Below, piece by piece: positions 23,511 to 38,900 of a DNA stretch of 64,000 nt. The stretch is taken from NCBI GenBank assembly GCA_951804945.1, contig OX638151.1, positions 73,966,001 through 74,030,000 of the forward strand. The letters run 5' to 3'. The notes under the pieces are model-generated. The model ran no database searches. It had not been told where the DNA came from and worked only from the letters and a program-made list of their open reading frames with translations. This DNA comes from Podarcis cretensis (lineage: Eukaryota). Numbering within the stretch: the stretch's first letter is position 1; each line of letters starts with the position of its first letter. The translations under genes were made by a program, and so were the position numbers.

Positions 23511-26500
23511 CTTTAAATATAAATAAAAACTGTTGTAATTCTCATCTGTTTCACCTTGAATAGTCAAAATTTCATTCATTGGGGGGGGGGGGTAGATGGC
23601 TTCTCTTAACTGCTGTGGGCCAAAAGTTTATTGCACAGGAGGAATTCCCTGAGAAGCATGACTGAAGAGTTAATCTAATATCACTATTTTATAAAGCAAG
23701 TCCTCAGTATAGCTTGCTTAACATGTCTACAACCCAATCGTCACTGTCTTGCATTAGAGATTCATACTAACATTGCTCCCCAAATACTTCACTACTCACC
23801 GTTTTGGGCCTCTGAATCTTTTCTGGTTTTATATTGCTGCTACCCACAGAGTCAGCAACCAAAAGCTGATGCCTGAAGTCCTTGGTTAACGTGAATGTTG
23901 AAATGCCTGTATTCTGGCTCCATGAAGCAGAGCCTGGAACATAATTTTAAATAATGTAATTTAAGTGCTGCCTTTGTGAAACTGTTCTAGAACATGCTTT
24001 TGTGTGCAAACACTGCTGACACTGTATTCCTTGGTAATACATGCTGTTGACACTGTTGTTTTGTAAAGGAGAGATTTCCATTTTTCTACAATGTTCTCAC
24101 AGTCAATGGTTAACAGTTAAAATGTGAATGATCTTTGATGCGATCCCAATAAATGGTCTGATAACAATCACGGTTTATCTAGTAGTAGTGTATATTAGCA
24201 ACAGGCTTCTGTGTATCAATTTTTAAAGAAACCGTTTTCAAATTAGGACATGGTATACTATCTTAGGGCAATGGGAGCTCATTTCTTTTGTGAAAAGCTG
24301 CTACATGGAAGCTTGATGAGCCTCAGGATCAGAGCAATGGGAAATGGAACGTTTTCTCTCCACCACTGTGCACACCACCCCAAAGACTCTGAAGCTGCTA
24401 TTTGCATTTCAAGGATTTCTTCCATTTGTCCCGAATGGTTCTTTCCCTTTAAATGCAAAGACTTCTGAGAAACAATTCATGTTGCAGGACTTCCACAGTG
24501 GAAGAGGGCATCAAACTCTCCCTCACCACCCTGCATAGGCCCAGAGACTCATGGCTGCTATTTCGAAACCGGAAAAGTACACATCTTACATCTTTAAATT
24601 TATGTCTAGGTTGACACTGAAAAGGACTAGCTTAAGGAAATGTGGACTTAAGGTGAGTTGAGAGAGAGGCTTTCTAAGAAATAATGTTGGGGGGGAGGTA
24701 TTTTTGTTTGCATTATTATATTGTGAACTGCCCTGGGAACTTTGGATGAAATTTACAGAAAGAAGTAGAGGAAAGCATCGTAAAACAGCTGATGCTAGTA
24801 GTATGATTCCTTTTTACCTGAAAGTGAGCAATTTATACTGCTGGCACTGTGTGAAGTATTAGCAGACTTTCTTCTTACAGCTGTGAAAGCCAAGGACATG
24901 AGTTAAATAATCTGTGAGAAGAATCCATACAAAGCACAAAGTTTTAAAAGTTAACGACGTCTGTTAGAGTATTTTTATAATGTCTGTTGCTTTCCTTTAC
25001 CCAAAATGAAACATGTACAAGTTCATTTAAACTGCCCTTTGCTAGCTCCACTTGGCAACCCTCTTCCCTTTACACCTTGCCTATCCTCTCACAGCTTGAT
25101 CCAAGCCCCATCACCTTTTAAATAGGGTGGGGAGACACTTCAGAGAGCAGTTTTCTGAAGCACTTCCCTCCATTAAACAGTTGGCTTTGGCTACCTACTT
25201 TATGTTTTTATGTATATAGTATGGCATCTCAAGACAAGCACCAACACCACTATGAGGTGAAAGCTAAGGCAATACAGCCAGTTTTCCTGCCTTTTCTATG
25301 CCCATGGTGGCCCATCACTGAGACCACACACCCCCACACTTCCAAACAATACAGTCATGCTGAAGCATCATTTGGGTGTCAGACCACATTCTCTGTGGTC
25401 TCTGAAACAGTGGCAACACTCCACAATTTTATTATATAGTAAGATAAGACACCTTTGAAACAATTAAAGGTAGAAGACATGGCCAATACACTATGTCTCA
25501 GTTGTGTGCCTGTTCAAAAAGTATTCATTTAATGCTATTGCTTAAGGTTTAGAGGTGGAGAGCAGTAATCTGATCAGCTTTCAAATTCAGTTTAGCATCT
25601 TTTAAATAGATTAACAAATTGGATCTACTTGGAGCTTTGGCTCAGTTATCAAACACAATGTAATATGACAGCTGGGGTGGTTAAGTGAATAGTCAAACTG
25701 GCTGAGGAATTTATCCCATCCTTATGTGCTCATACCACCATCCACATTTATTGCAATCTTGCAATAATATACTGACAGGACAACAAGTAGCTGCTTCATT
25801 GCTACAAACCTGCCAAAGAACTTGGTACTGCTGCCTCCCATACAGGCTTGACACTAACACTAAGCAGCTTAGCTTAATGAGAAACTCCTAGCTCAAAGCG
25901 GCTGTTAGCTGAAGTGTGAGACAGGATCTAGGACCTCTGCCCTCATTGGGTTGTATCCAGACTTGCACAAGTGAAAGTGCACTCCCTAACTTACTGAGGG
26001 GAGGGGGAATGAGCTCTGCATGCAGAAGATCCCCCCGTTAGGTATTTCTTTAAAAGAAGCAGCCAGGTAATATGAAGGACCCTCTGCCTAAGATTGTGGA
26101 GAGCTGCTGTAAAACAAAATAGACAATACTGGGCTTTACGGAGCTTCATAGGTCACCCAGGTGTGCATGCACCCTGAAAAATCTCCCTGCACAAGCTGCC
26201 TCAGCCTGAATTTGGGCTGTTTCCAACTCCCACTGCACTTCCCAGGCCTTTCCTGCCCCCCAGGAGAGGCTTTATAGGAGTTACAAGGCCACACTGGGCG
26301 CATGTATTTCTTCTCATGCAAATCTGGCAACAGCTTAGTGTAGGCACCTGCTTCCCCCGCCACAGCCTGGGATGATAACAGAGTCTGTACTCAGAAGTCT
26401 CTGTCTGTGCTGATCTATTCCTGGTATATGAGAGAGGGCATGGTGACCTAACTAAGTCCAAGGTCTGCATCTTTGGTTCACATTTAATAACCTATTAACC

Positions 26501-29500
26501 AGCACATTTACTGTTAACTGTTTAACAACCAAAGTATAATACATTTTCAAAATACAGCAGGACATGAAATAAACAATCTATGGAACACCAGTATTCTTGC
26601 AACCAGCTATCATTCAACCTACATTCATCCATACCTGCAGAGGAATTTCTCTGGGATGTTGCAACTTCTGAGTCATACAGCTGATGCTGCAGCTCTTTTA
26701 TCCTCTGGAAAGCATCCAGTTTTAAACTGCGTTCCTGGGACAGCTGACTTCTTACCTAAAAAGATACTAAATTTTTCTAAGTGAACATTACAGTTCCAAA
26801 TCTATCTTTGTTGTCCATTTATGAAAATGAAATACGGTACATTGGAAGTTGCAAACTTTGAGTGAACTTGCATGATTATATCAGATGCTGCTTGGTTAAG
26901 CAATATTTATGAAACTTTGGGTATTAATTGTGGGATGAGCGCTGATCATGCATACAGGTTTTTCACCCAGTCTGCACAGCATCATTGGTGTCTAGTTGCC
27001 TGTCTGCATTTTTCCACCATTAAACCTTGATTTACCCTTTTGGGATGGGGGTGGGATGGTTTGGTGTGGATAAGTATAAAAATCGCCCACTGTCAATGAC
27101 CTGTTTGCGATATTAAGCCCCCATCTTGGAACATATAACCACAGGCACATGAGCTACTGAAAGTATGTATTTATAAACTTACCTGTTGGATTTCTTTTTT
27201 AACCTTTTCCCCCTGAAGCTGCCTTATCTTGGATGATCTTTCAGTTTCTTCTGTTAGACACTGCAATCTCAGTTCTCTCTCTTCAAGGCTTTCCAGCATT
27301 TTTTCCAAGTTTGCTGTCTTAATTAGATCTAGTTGCTGCTTTCTGTGAACTTCTTGGTTCATCCTGTGTTCTACTTCCTGTAGCATGTGTCCCTTTGCAT
27401 AAAATACCAATAAGATTTGTAAAACACAGGAGGAGAACACATGGGTGATATCCAGAGTAGACCCATTGATTTCAGTAGGTCTATTCAAGTATGACTTACT
27501 AGGATGTCATTCTTGGCATTTAGAAGGCAGGTGAAGACCATTTTATTTCAAATAATATTTATTGGCAGTGAAGTTGTTCTTATTCTGCAGGATTTCTGGT
27601 TTAAAACTGTCCAATGGAGGAAAGATATAAACCAGAAATTCTGCAGAATAAGAACTACAGTGTGTGTTATGATGACATTATTTAATCTGTGTTGTAAATT
27701 GCTTTGGAAGATTCACTATTGAGCAGTTTGGATGTTGTAATAAGCTAAGCCAATACAACAAAATTTTAATGCCTGGGCAAATACAGACACATTAACACTT
27801 GCACCAATCTGACTTCTTTTGGAAGGGTCAAAGTGAGGGTTTCGCCATCAAAAAACCCTCTCTCCTTCACTGTTAGATATTAATTACTATAAAACTTGTG
27901 TTAACTGTATTGAGGGGTGGAAGTATGCGGAGACACTTTGCATCTTCACATTTCAGATCCTTGTATTTTCATTTTCAGTTGAATAATGATCTTGAACAGT
28001 TTTGCTGAGAAGAGGCAAAATGTAATATATTCATTCTGTCTTTGCTGTCAGCAGTAATGATTCAAGAAACAACACATTTGGCAAGTATTCTGATTTTCAG
28101 TATGTAAGATGGTTCCCCAACTTCACAAGAAGCTACAAGGAGCTGCTATGCAAATCCTCTCTAAGCCACTGCTATTCACTTATAGGGTTTTAATTTCTAA
28201 ATTACATCCATCTCTGGAATCTTAAATTGGTGTGGGCAGACACATCACATAGTGCACATTTCACCTCCTGCATAAGTAATATTACAAAGGTTCAGTGCCA
28301 CCCCCACTCTCTGCCAAGCAGTGGCAAGATTCCAGGGGTTCCAGGCGCTCACCCAGGCTCATGTTTCCATTGGGGGTCAGACTCAGTGAAGGCAGTAGCA
28401 TTTTAAGATATATGGTTTATTTTACACCTATATACACCTAAAGTCTTCCATGGAGGGAGTGCAGAACATTACACCCCAAGACTATCTCTCATTGCCCCTC
28501 TCATAGCTTCAGCACTGAAGTCAATGCAAGTGAGAGAAAGTAATTTGATTTGCTGTATAGACAGTATTACAGCAGAGTTTGGTTACATACCTGTTTGTCT
28601 AGCTGTTGCTTCAGCCTTTTATTCTCAGTCTGAGACTCTGCCAAAGCTTTCCTTGCAGCCCGCAGCTGCTGCTGAAATATAATCGCTTCTTGTTCTGCCA
28701 TCAGCTTGGATTTCAGATGCTCTTTTTTGTTTTGAATGGCCTCCTGTAAATGCAAAGGGTTCAGGATGTGAAGCAGAGAATCAAGCAACAAACCCTACCC
28801 CCAAAACAAACAAACAAACAAACACCCTACACTGGGTTACTTAGGAAGAAGTGAGCTTGTGCCCTTTAACATGTAGAAAAAGAAACCCTACTTCTTTTAA
28901 TTTCATGGTGTTTTTGCAATACAGTAGAATTTGTTTGAGCATTTGCAATCTTTCTGATGGGTATTGTAAAATAACCACATACAGTGCCAGGTTAGCGTAC
29001 GTAATCCCCACCACATTCTTTGTGGGAAAGGGTTGATGCATACAGTCATTTGTAGGTGGCAAGAGGTATTTCACAGACATGCATTGAAGTGGCATCTTAC
29101 AACTACAGCACTTGTCAAGCTTCTGATTTTGCATTATGTGGCTACAATCAGGCTCAACACCAGATGGCATGGTTATTTTTGGAAACTTTTGCAGTGGTAT
29201 GATAAATCAAGATCTGTGAAGTGAGACAATCATGTGAGCGCATCACGCATCAAAGGAGAAGAATGAAAGCCAGAGCTGCTGATCTCATAACTATTTTATT
29301 ACAGTTAAACTGGCAGAGAAAAGCAGACGGACTTTCTGAGTTCTTGTTCACACATTCATCATACCTCCATACACAACTGACAAACATATGTGGAACCCAA
29401 ACACAGCCATTGTTTCAAATTTGCATTTCTCTGAATTTTCCAACCAAACTAATGTGTTCAAAAATGGGTATATTGGGTGTATATGAAATGCATTCGTGAA

Positions 29501-32500
29501 AACAAAGTACAAAAATGTGTTCCATTAGAAATAATGATTTGCAGAAGTGTGTATGTTAGGAGAAATTCATACAAGAATGTGAATTTTCATGAATATATTT
29601 TTTAAAAAGTTGCAAACTGATCTGAAATGTGGAAAACTGAACTTAAAAAGATTGGGGGGGGGTTTGACAAGAAATGGAGAGAAACAAAAATTGGCAGGTT
29701 CCTTTGCCCCTAGATATCATACCCAGTGTTGTAAGGTGTGCATGCAGTCCTGATGGCTCACTGATTAGTGTCTGCTTGAACTGGCCCTAATATGCAGTTC
29801 AGTTTTTTCATGGGTTAAGAATTAAATAGACTGTTCTAAGGAAAAGGATGCATCTCGCTCTTCATGCAGTCACTCACTGGTATTACAAAGTATACATGGC
29901 TGAAGCCAATGGCCCTTTTCACTAAAGAACAAATTATTCTCTTTGTTTCAATTATGTAGAATGACTTTATTTCAACAGGCTTTTTTGGGGGGGGGTTAGG
30001 GGCTCTCACCTTCTCCATTTCTCTCAATGTGGCAGATGAGTGTGCTTTTTGCACTGTTTCTTTCCAGCAGCTCATAGCCTTCAGTTTGCATAGCAGAACT
30101 CTCAACTGGTTGTTTTCATCCTGTAATGCTTGCAGGTGCCCCTGCTAAGAAGGCAGATAATTCTAGTCAAGGTAAGCTCCAGCAGCTGCTTGACTATGCA
30201 CTTTTAAGAATAAACATCAGAGTCTGTACTTGTGAAAAAAGAAAAGTGAACACTCAGCAGAAACTCAAGTCACTAAAGTGTGCATCCATGATAACACACC
30301 CATATCTGAAATCAAAGTATTCACCCTGTGACTGTTATGCAAACCAGTGGCTTTGGCTTATTATCACATGGAGCTAAGCTTTGAAATTTTTATTTTTGCA
30401 TTACAGCTGTGCCCACAATGACGCACACAAAGTATCTATAATGGGTTTTATTTCTCCAGTTCTGGGTTAAATCTGATATATGAGCTTTCTCCTCCATTTG
30501 TACTATATTTATCTTCCAGAACATCTGCTTTTTTAGAAAGTCAATAATCTGAACAGTTAGCATCTTGGCTATTCTGTGTGGTCTCATACAAGCAAAACTC
30601 TAAGAGTCCATATGAATGATTTGATAAGCAAGAACCAACATGTAAATTTACAACCTACCCTAACTGGAATGGGATTACATTTAATTTTAAAATCATAAAA
30701 CAGAACACTTCAAAAACATAAGAATGCCCATTTTAAGCACAGGTGCATTTCAGCTTCTGAACTTTCTAGGAAAGAAACAACTTTTATTTTATTGGTTTTA
30801 AGCCAAATCATATTTATTTCTCTGCTTAATTACATTCCACCCAATGTTGGATTTGCCGAGCAAGGCTCATTATAATAAACATTATAGTAATATTTAACAG
30901 AGTCGCTATAATAGGCACATAATACATGTGAAGTGCTATGAACACTTGAACTCATTATGCAAATGTTAAATGAGTCAGTGTTACTGTTCCCAGTACTGCA
31001 GGTGGAGAGGAAGTGAGGGTGAGAGAGAGAGAGAGAGTAGCTGGCCTGAAGTTCATGACAGAGGCAAGATGCAAACCAGGAACTTCCTGTCTGATAGCTT
31101 ACTCCTTTTGCTGCTACACTACAGCAGCTAACTACCCTCAGTTCCTCTGGGAGGAAGGGCAGGTTACAAATTAAATAAATAAACCGTAACACAAGAAAAT
31201 CCATTAAAGCCGTCTCTTATTATGAGCCTTATATTTAAAGGCCCAGGGAAAGAAAAAAAAGACCACCAGTTCAATTAAAGCAGGCAGCTTGCCTGTAGGG
31301 CATATCTGTAGGTGAACAACATTCCACCAATGAGGTACATCCTTCTACTGTGTTCACTCTGTTCCTTGCAGATGCCAGCCCTTATCTCAGCTTAGAAAGA
31401 TCACCTGATGAGTGCCTGACCCTGGGGCCTTTGCACCCCAAATGGTTCCTATGAGAGGAGTGTCTCCACAACAGCAAGAACATGCTCTTCCAAGTTCTTT
31501 TGGCACTGGGCATTTTAATTGGGCTTATGAACTCCTTTTCTAGAAAACATTCTTTAAAACCACATTTCTCACACATTAACTTACCTGAGCCAAATGTTCT
31601 TTGAGTGTCTTGTTATCTTTTGTGGAGCCGTACTTTTTCTTCAAGTCAATCATTTTGTCCACTCCTTCTCTTCTCACCTCACTGATGATCTCAAACATGC
31701 GTTGGCTCATGCTTAGACGATATTCATCCACCCTTCCCTGCAACCACAACAAGAAGCCATAAACTGCATATGCCATTTAATGTACATGAATTTAAAGGAA
31801 GGCAAGCAATTCCATAAGATTTCCTTAAAATATAATTATTATTTTTCCAGCAATAAAATGATTTATTTCTGAAATAAGGTGATTCTTCTGCAATGGAAGT
31901 GCTCCATTCAAGAAAAAATATCCAGATATGTTGCAATAACTAACAGGTTACTCCACAAAAGAAACCTGCACCAAAGAAATGCTGAAAAGGTAATGAGGCT
32001 ACTGCTTCTAGGTATCACATTCACACAACCAGCAGGCAGATGTTGCAGAGGAGGCTGGCTATAGCCTGGAGTCCTGGCTTTGTATATCCATAGACTTACA
32101 AACCAAGACAAGAAACAATGCCACTATAACAAACACAACTTTCTTAGAATATAAATCTATGGACAAGAATCCAAAGGAAATGGCCTTTGTGATTTCCAAT
32201 ATAATCCAAGTCATGGGTTGTATCCAATTAAGTCTTACTTTTGTACCTACTTTTAGTTGCAGACAGATCATAAATATGTTTTGCACCAATGCTTCATAAT
32301 CTTCTTGCACTTCTTTTCTGATCTTATCTCTGAGGCCATGGGCTTCTCCTTGGAGATCAGCAATTCTAGCTCTCAGAGCCATCATTTCCATAATCATCTC
32401 ATGACTCAGCTCTGCTACCTAGCAAAAGGTGAGAAAAATGCTATGCTATAACTCGTTTTCTCAAAAATAAGTGACGGGGGGATTAAGATGCCAGGCCCTG

Positions 32501-35500
32501 ACAGATATTCCTAAGGTTACCTGAATAAAAACAATAAAACTACTGCCACTAACCTGACTAAGACCCAGCTCAGCATTTCCTCGCTTGTCTTCTACAACAT
32601 GCATTTCCTGAAAGAGAATGAAAGAGCATTTTTCATTTGGTTTCTCCATCAACAGCCACTGTCAACTATTTTTTTTTTTACTTGTTTGGCCGAGCAATCA
32701 ATGCAGCACATGACCCCTCTTCCACCACAATCAACAGTATGAGAATACTTGTTCTTTTTGATAGAGGAGCTGATGTTGCTGATGGAGTAAATTTTCATAA
32801 AACATGGAGTAGGTCTCAAAGTTGCTGCGTTCTCTGGCCATGACATCACAACCCAGAGCAGTGAAGCATTTTTGTAAGTGGTCTTTCGGAAAGGTTATCT
32901 GAGGGGAAAACAAAAAATGAAACTGTCAGGTTTTTCTGATGGTCACACAGATAAATCTATTCACTTCCAGTGGTTCCTCCATTGTTCACTGGTCCCAAGC
33001 ACATACATCCAAGGTCCTGTCACCAGAATTTCTGCTTGAAGATTTCTGGTATGATGCATAGGATAGCCTAAACCTCCAAAATGATCCTCAGTACCTTCCA
33101 AGAATCAGGATCAACTGGATCAGGGGTAGCCAATGCAATGCCCCCAGATGTTGCCGGACCACAACTCCCATCATGCCTAACCATTGGCTAGTGGCCATGC
33201 TGACAGGGCCTGATGGGAACTGCATTCAAACAGCAACTGGAGGACGCCATTTTGGCTACTCCTAGGCTAGATGGATAATTTATTTGATTCAGTAGCCAGG
33301 TTTAATAATTTCTGCCCAGCTCTAAAATGTATCTTCTTAGGCTAGCTGGTGAAATATTTAAATTAAAAAATATGCAAGAGAACTTTCCCCTTAACCATGG
33401 GATAAACACAGCTTGTGCCCATGGAGGATGTAAAAACAGCATTTCCAGGAAAGTGTGTGTGTCCTGGGTCCAGCAAAATAATTTGGAATATGAAAATTGG
33501 AGAACATGCTTGAACAGACTCATTGGATGGTATCTGACTAAATCATAGTGACAACTAACTTAAGTCCACTGATTTCAATAGGTCTCCTCTCAGTAGATAT
33601 GACTGACAGTGCTTATCTCTAGCAGAAAATGCCTGTAGCACAGCACATATTTCACCAAGAAAAACCTAAGTTATGCAGTTATTTTGCCCCACAAGATTTC
33701 AATCACTGGAAAAGAAAAACAATTTATGTACCTCTGCATCAGTTTCTTGGTGATTTTCCATTAGCTTCTGTACAAATGATTCAACAATTTCTGGCCTTGT
33801 GACAGAGAAGATTTCTTGCATGCCATGATGTTTCCAGAGCTCTGAAAGAACAAGTTTTTGTTTTGGGGTGTGTGTGTCTTTTTCTTCAATCTTCAGAGTA
33901 ATAAAACATGGAAGCCTCAGTCTACCTTGAGTATGACTAACACTGGGTATCTTGCGATGTGACAGGCTTTTTGATGGAGCACAAGTCTTACTCTGCTACT
34001 TTTTTTTAATATAAAAAACCAAATGTGCAGGAGCACAGAAGATCATAATTGCAGGCAGACAAAGGGTGTCTGAATGTGACTAATGATGTTATCATAATCA
34101 TTATCATTATTATAGACGTACGCCATGCTCTTTGACAGAGCACAAGTCCCACAGTTCTGTAAGGGAAAAGAAAACCTGAAGGTACAGCAAGAGTGATGTA
34201 TCCCACATGCTGATAAAAGTGGAATGAGAAGGACATGAAACAATGTCTGGAGGACACAGTGTTGGTTACCTCTGGCTTAACACAACACAAATGTGGGCTG
34301 CTGAATATATGCAGAGGCCTCTTTACACTTGCTGTTTGAAGAAAGCATCTCCAAGTGACCAGCTTTAGTGTTTTTTAGTGTGGCAACTTTCTCCATGACT
34401 CCTTAGTTGCAGCGCTTTGAAGAAAGTATTATGTGGGTCATGGCTAACCACCAAAGACAGATGATATATGGAGAAATTCAGGGTGGTGCTGACATAGTGA
34501 CTGTGGTATGTACACAAGCAACTACTGGGTGTTGTTTCTCACTCCCCCCCCCCCGTCAAAACAGAACTTGGAGTAGAAGCTAGATGCAAGATGGGTTCAG
34601 TTGTTACCTGTAGAGAGGTTTCTTTCTTCTCTTGTTTTTTCAGATATAACCAGCGTTATTTCTTTGTTAACTTTCTTTTGTACATCACGGATCATATGTA
34701 TTTCTAGACTTTCCAAGAGTTTTTGCAGCTAGGATAAAAAAGCAGAACAAACTAGCTTGCTTTTAACTATATCTTCATTTAACCATTCAGAAGCCATGTT
34801 TCTTCAGAAAGTATATGGTCACTTTAGACTTCCTAAAATGGCAAAGTAAAGGCCAAACTCTAAATAGGGCAGCGGCCGCTTTAATCATTTTTAAGGCCTA
34901 CAATCTTTAATTGATCAATGGGATAAAATTTTAAATCAATCACTTTAATGTATTTTAAAATAGACTAAAATGGGATCTGAATTAAATAGACAACACCTAT
35001 TTTAAAGTGTATTGTTTTTAAAATGATAGTACTAATGAGACTGCAGGTCTGTCTTGGAAGAGGCAGTCTCCATGCGCTCTCAAGTAATAGGAAAGCGCAC
35101 ATCTACAGTGGTACAACATTTGCATGCACTATATTAAAACAGTATGCTTTTTCTTCAAAACAATGACTTATTTATGTGTATTTAATTGATTAAACTATGA
35201 AAATTAATTTGATTAATTGCCAGATTTCTTTAAGCAAGTGACAGCCTGACAGCTTTAAAAGATCATAAACCTAGGAAAAGTACATTTTTATACAAACAAT
35301 ATTTTGATAGTTATTGTCAGAGAGCATCAGGAGCAATGCCAGAGGTACTGTGAGCTGAGGACTGACCTGTCAAAAAGGTTGACTCAGGCCTTTTGACCTG
35401 ATGAATGTATTAAGGACTTTATAAACTTCCTGGTTTTTTGCTGCTTGGTGGGAACAGGAAAAACAGGACAGTAATCAAGCCCCAAGCAAGTCACCAAACA

Positions 35501-35965
35501 TTTCAGCTCAGAGGCAGAGTCACTGCCAGGCTGTGTAAACAATACTGTGTAAGCAATGGCTGGAGCAATAGTTTTATTTGGTATAAGCATGTTTCCAACA
35601 AATACCTGCTGAGCGGCATTTGGTTTGGTGGGCCATGTTGTCTAAGGTTATCTGAACCATTTGCCAGGAGCACAAGCCAGTGGCGTAGCGTGGGGGGTGC
35701 GGGGGGGCCGGTCGCACCGGGCGCAACATCTGGGGGTTAGGGGGCGCAAATCCACGGGTTAGGGGGCGCAAATTACTTGCCTTGCCCCGGGTGCTGACAA
35801 CCCACGCTATGCCACTGGCACAAGCCACTATCATATATGCCTCTACAAACTTTCCAAACAGCTTCAGAGCCAGATACAAAACTTCTGCTTGAAGAAAACT
35901 ATTAAGGTAACTTCTTCTGCCTGAAGACACTATTCAGGCTACCTGTGTGTGTAAGATCAGGGTGG

Positions 35966-35999
<34 letters not shown>

Positions 36000-38900
36000 A
36001 GGGTGGTGGAGGCTTAGTCAGCCATTATGCAGGGAGCATAGTCATGTTAAGGATTTGTTTGCAACAAGTAAAATATGGACAGACAGCTCACAGCATTTGT
36101 ACTATCTCAAGCTGCTGGGAGGGATTCTAATGTACCACAGAAACTATATTTTACTACAATTTTTAAAAGTATAAAATCATTCTCTTTTTGTATTCTGCTT
36201 GCCCATTAGCTATGTTTTACCTGGTGTGTTTTTATCTCAGTTTCTGAAGCGTCTTTAGGGGGCAGAATAGAGTGATATGTCAATCCAAATCCTTCAAGTT
36301 CATCTTCTATACCCATATGTATAGCCATGCTTCTCATAGCAGGATACAGAACTTCAGTACTAGAAAAATGCAGATACAGACATTGTACATGCTTAATTTC
36401 TCGTTTAATGTTTTCCATTTATTTTGCATTGGTTTCTAGCATGCCCTCAATATTACAATTTTCTCTGTGCCTTTAAACTTGTTCATAAAGGATTTAGACT
36501 CATTGTGATTGAGGCAGCCAGTTTTGATGATAATACCATTTTTTCCCAAGGGTGTTAGAACAGAAAAGGATTGTGAAGAATCTCTCCAAACTGGGTAAAT
36601 GGGCAGTGCAAGTGTAAAGTGATGAAAATTGTGGCAAAAAAAGTTTCTTAATTTCACATCAACGTGTTGCTCATGAGGTCTGAAGGGTTGGTGAATGATA
36701 AACAATGAAATCTGGGGGTCATATGTTGATCCAATGTGTGGCAACTGTGAAGAAGGCGAATTCCATGTGGCAAAATCTGAACTTCTGACTCCATTATGCC
36801 TCCAGAATAAGGCATGTTCCTTTCCCTAAACACTCAAAAAGCACATAATTGAATCCTGTTTGGCAAGAAAATCAAGAAATCCTAGTGATACATTGTCAAA
36901 AGAGCCACTTCCCTGATCCCGTGTCAGCCATCTCCTCGAAATTTCCCTAAAGGAGTTAAAAGATTTACCTGGCAAGTATGAGATAGGATCTAACTGGACT
37001 GATAAAATGGTCCTTTGTTCCTCACCAACCATCAGGAAACCTACAACTCATCATCTACACTGTGTATGAGACCACAAGCCTCATAGATCACATTTCTAAC
37101 TGGCTGATTGCAAGCAAGAAAGTCATTCTCTCGCCACTCATAAGGTTGTTGTCAGGATGACTGGAATACAAGTAAAATGCTTTCCTTATGAATCACATTA
37201 TACAGTAACTTAGTCATCATAATGTACCATGGGCAGGGTGGGTGGGGCAGGTTCCTGCATCCTTGTGCCTTATTAAACACTCTGCGGTTGGTTTCTGGTT
37301 GCAGTGGAGAAAGCCAAGAAAAAAAAGCCCTTTCCCACTTTATTTTCCTTTCCATCCCACCCCGCTTTTTTATAGACAAGATTTTGAAATGCCGTGTATC
37401 CTAGTAATCTAGTTTTAACTGCTGAAAATGAAATCAAATTTATAATAAAAGAGCAAGAAAAACCCAGGAAAACAAAAAAGCACTGAGTACTGTTTTTTTC
37501 TTTACTTTGTTGTCTGCACTGTTGATGATTAACCTTCACTCCAAAATCTATTACATGGAAATGGAACTTACCCGTATTGTTCAGCAAATTGCTTGTATAG
37601 AGGAACTGTGTTGATATCATCAACTTTTAATTTAAGCCTCCCCCATTCTGCTTTTAAAATTTCCAGTTGCTTCCACAGTATCAGGTAAGATTTCTGCAAG
37701 GAACTTGAAGCCACTGAATCAGGCAGCTCCAACAGTGCTTTTGAAGCCTTTCCACTTGCTTCAGTTGTCATTGCCAAATTCTGCTAAAATCATCGTGGGG
37801 AAAGCGTCAGACACAGAAGCTTAAAGCCAGAATGCATTTATAATGGCAGGGAAGACTTTTACTCTCTCTTCCTGCCATGACTGCCAGTCTGGATAGGCTA
37901 GCCATGCTAGGGACTCTTAAGTAGATGCCTACCACTTTCCTTACATGTCATCCAATCTGGGGGTGGGGAATATGAAACCTGAGGGTCCAAGGTAAATATT
38001 TATATGAGGAGAAACAGAGAGAAAGCACCCAACTTCCTGGTCTCTCTGACCAGAGCCCACGGTAGCTTGTTTTTCTCTGTCAAATCCCACTTATAAATGC
38101 ATGTGAAGCATGAAGCCAAATGGTCTAGGCACAAGAGAAAGAAATAATTGAGCCTGGCAGAAATGCATACACAAACTGAACAGTCAATATTAATAAGTTA
38201 ATTAAGAATAAAAGTTAGGATGACAAAGAGAAGCGGCAGAATGGTGCTTTTAAGAAAATTAAGAAAACAATTTTAGTTCAGTTGTATCTATCAGGCTGTA
38301 GCTGCTTCTGGTCTCCTCACACATGATGTAGCGGCACTGAAAGTCAGATGGAGTATGGAAAACAAAGGTCTCTTGGTTACAGTCATCTCTTGACCCAGGT
38401 GTGCTCTGATTGACAGGTGGCTTTTGAGCAGCCACTCACAAGATAGCCATGCCCTCAGAAGTTGGCAGAAGGGCCGGAAGCTATCCTTTCTGCTTCTCCT
38501 ACACAAAAACCATTCCACACTAAGTGAATTGAAGGGAGATTGGACTTCTCTGCATAAATGTGAGGGAGGATTAGAGAGACCAAGTAACTGTACAGTGACA
38601 GGCTGGCACAGGGCAGGGCTGCATTACAGTGTTAACTAGTGTTGCCAGTGTTGCAGGCAGAGAAAATGTAGCAGAGCAGATGTTTTAGACACAAAAGCTG
38701 CATCACCTCACACTACTCACGTTGATAAAGAGAAGAACCTCAAGAAATACAAAACTGTACACCACATTTCTTAGCATTCTGATTGACTCAGTCATCTACT
38801 GTGCCACTTGTGTAAGTCACTTCTGCCAAACACACATTTGCCAGTTTGCATGAAGAAGTTTTATTCATATATACAGTAGTACACAATTCTAATATAAGAT

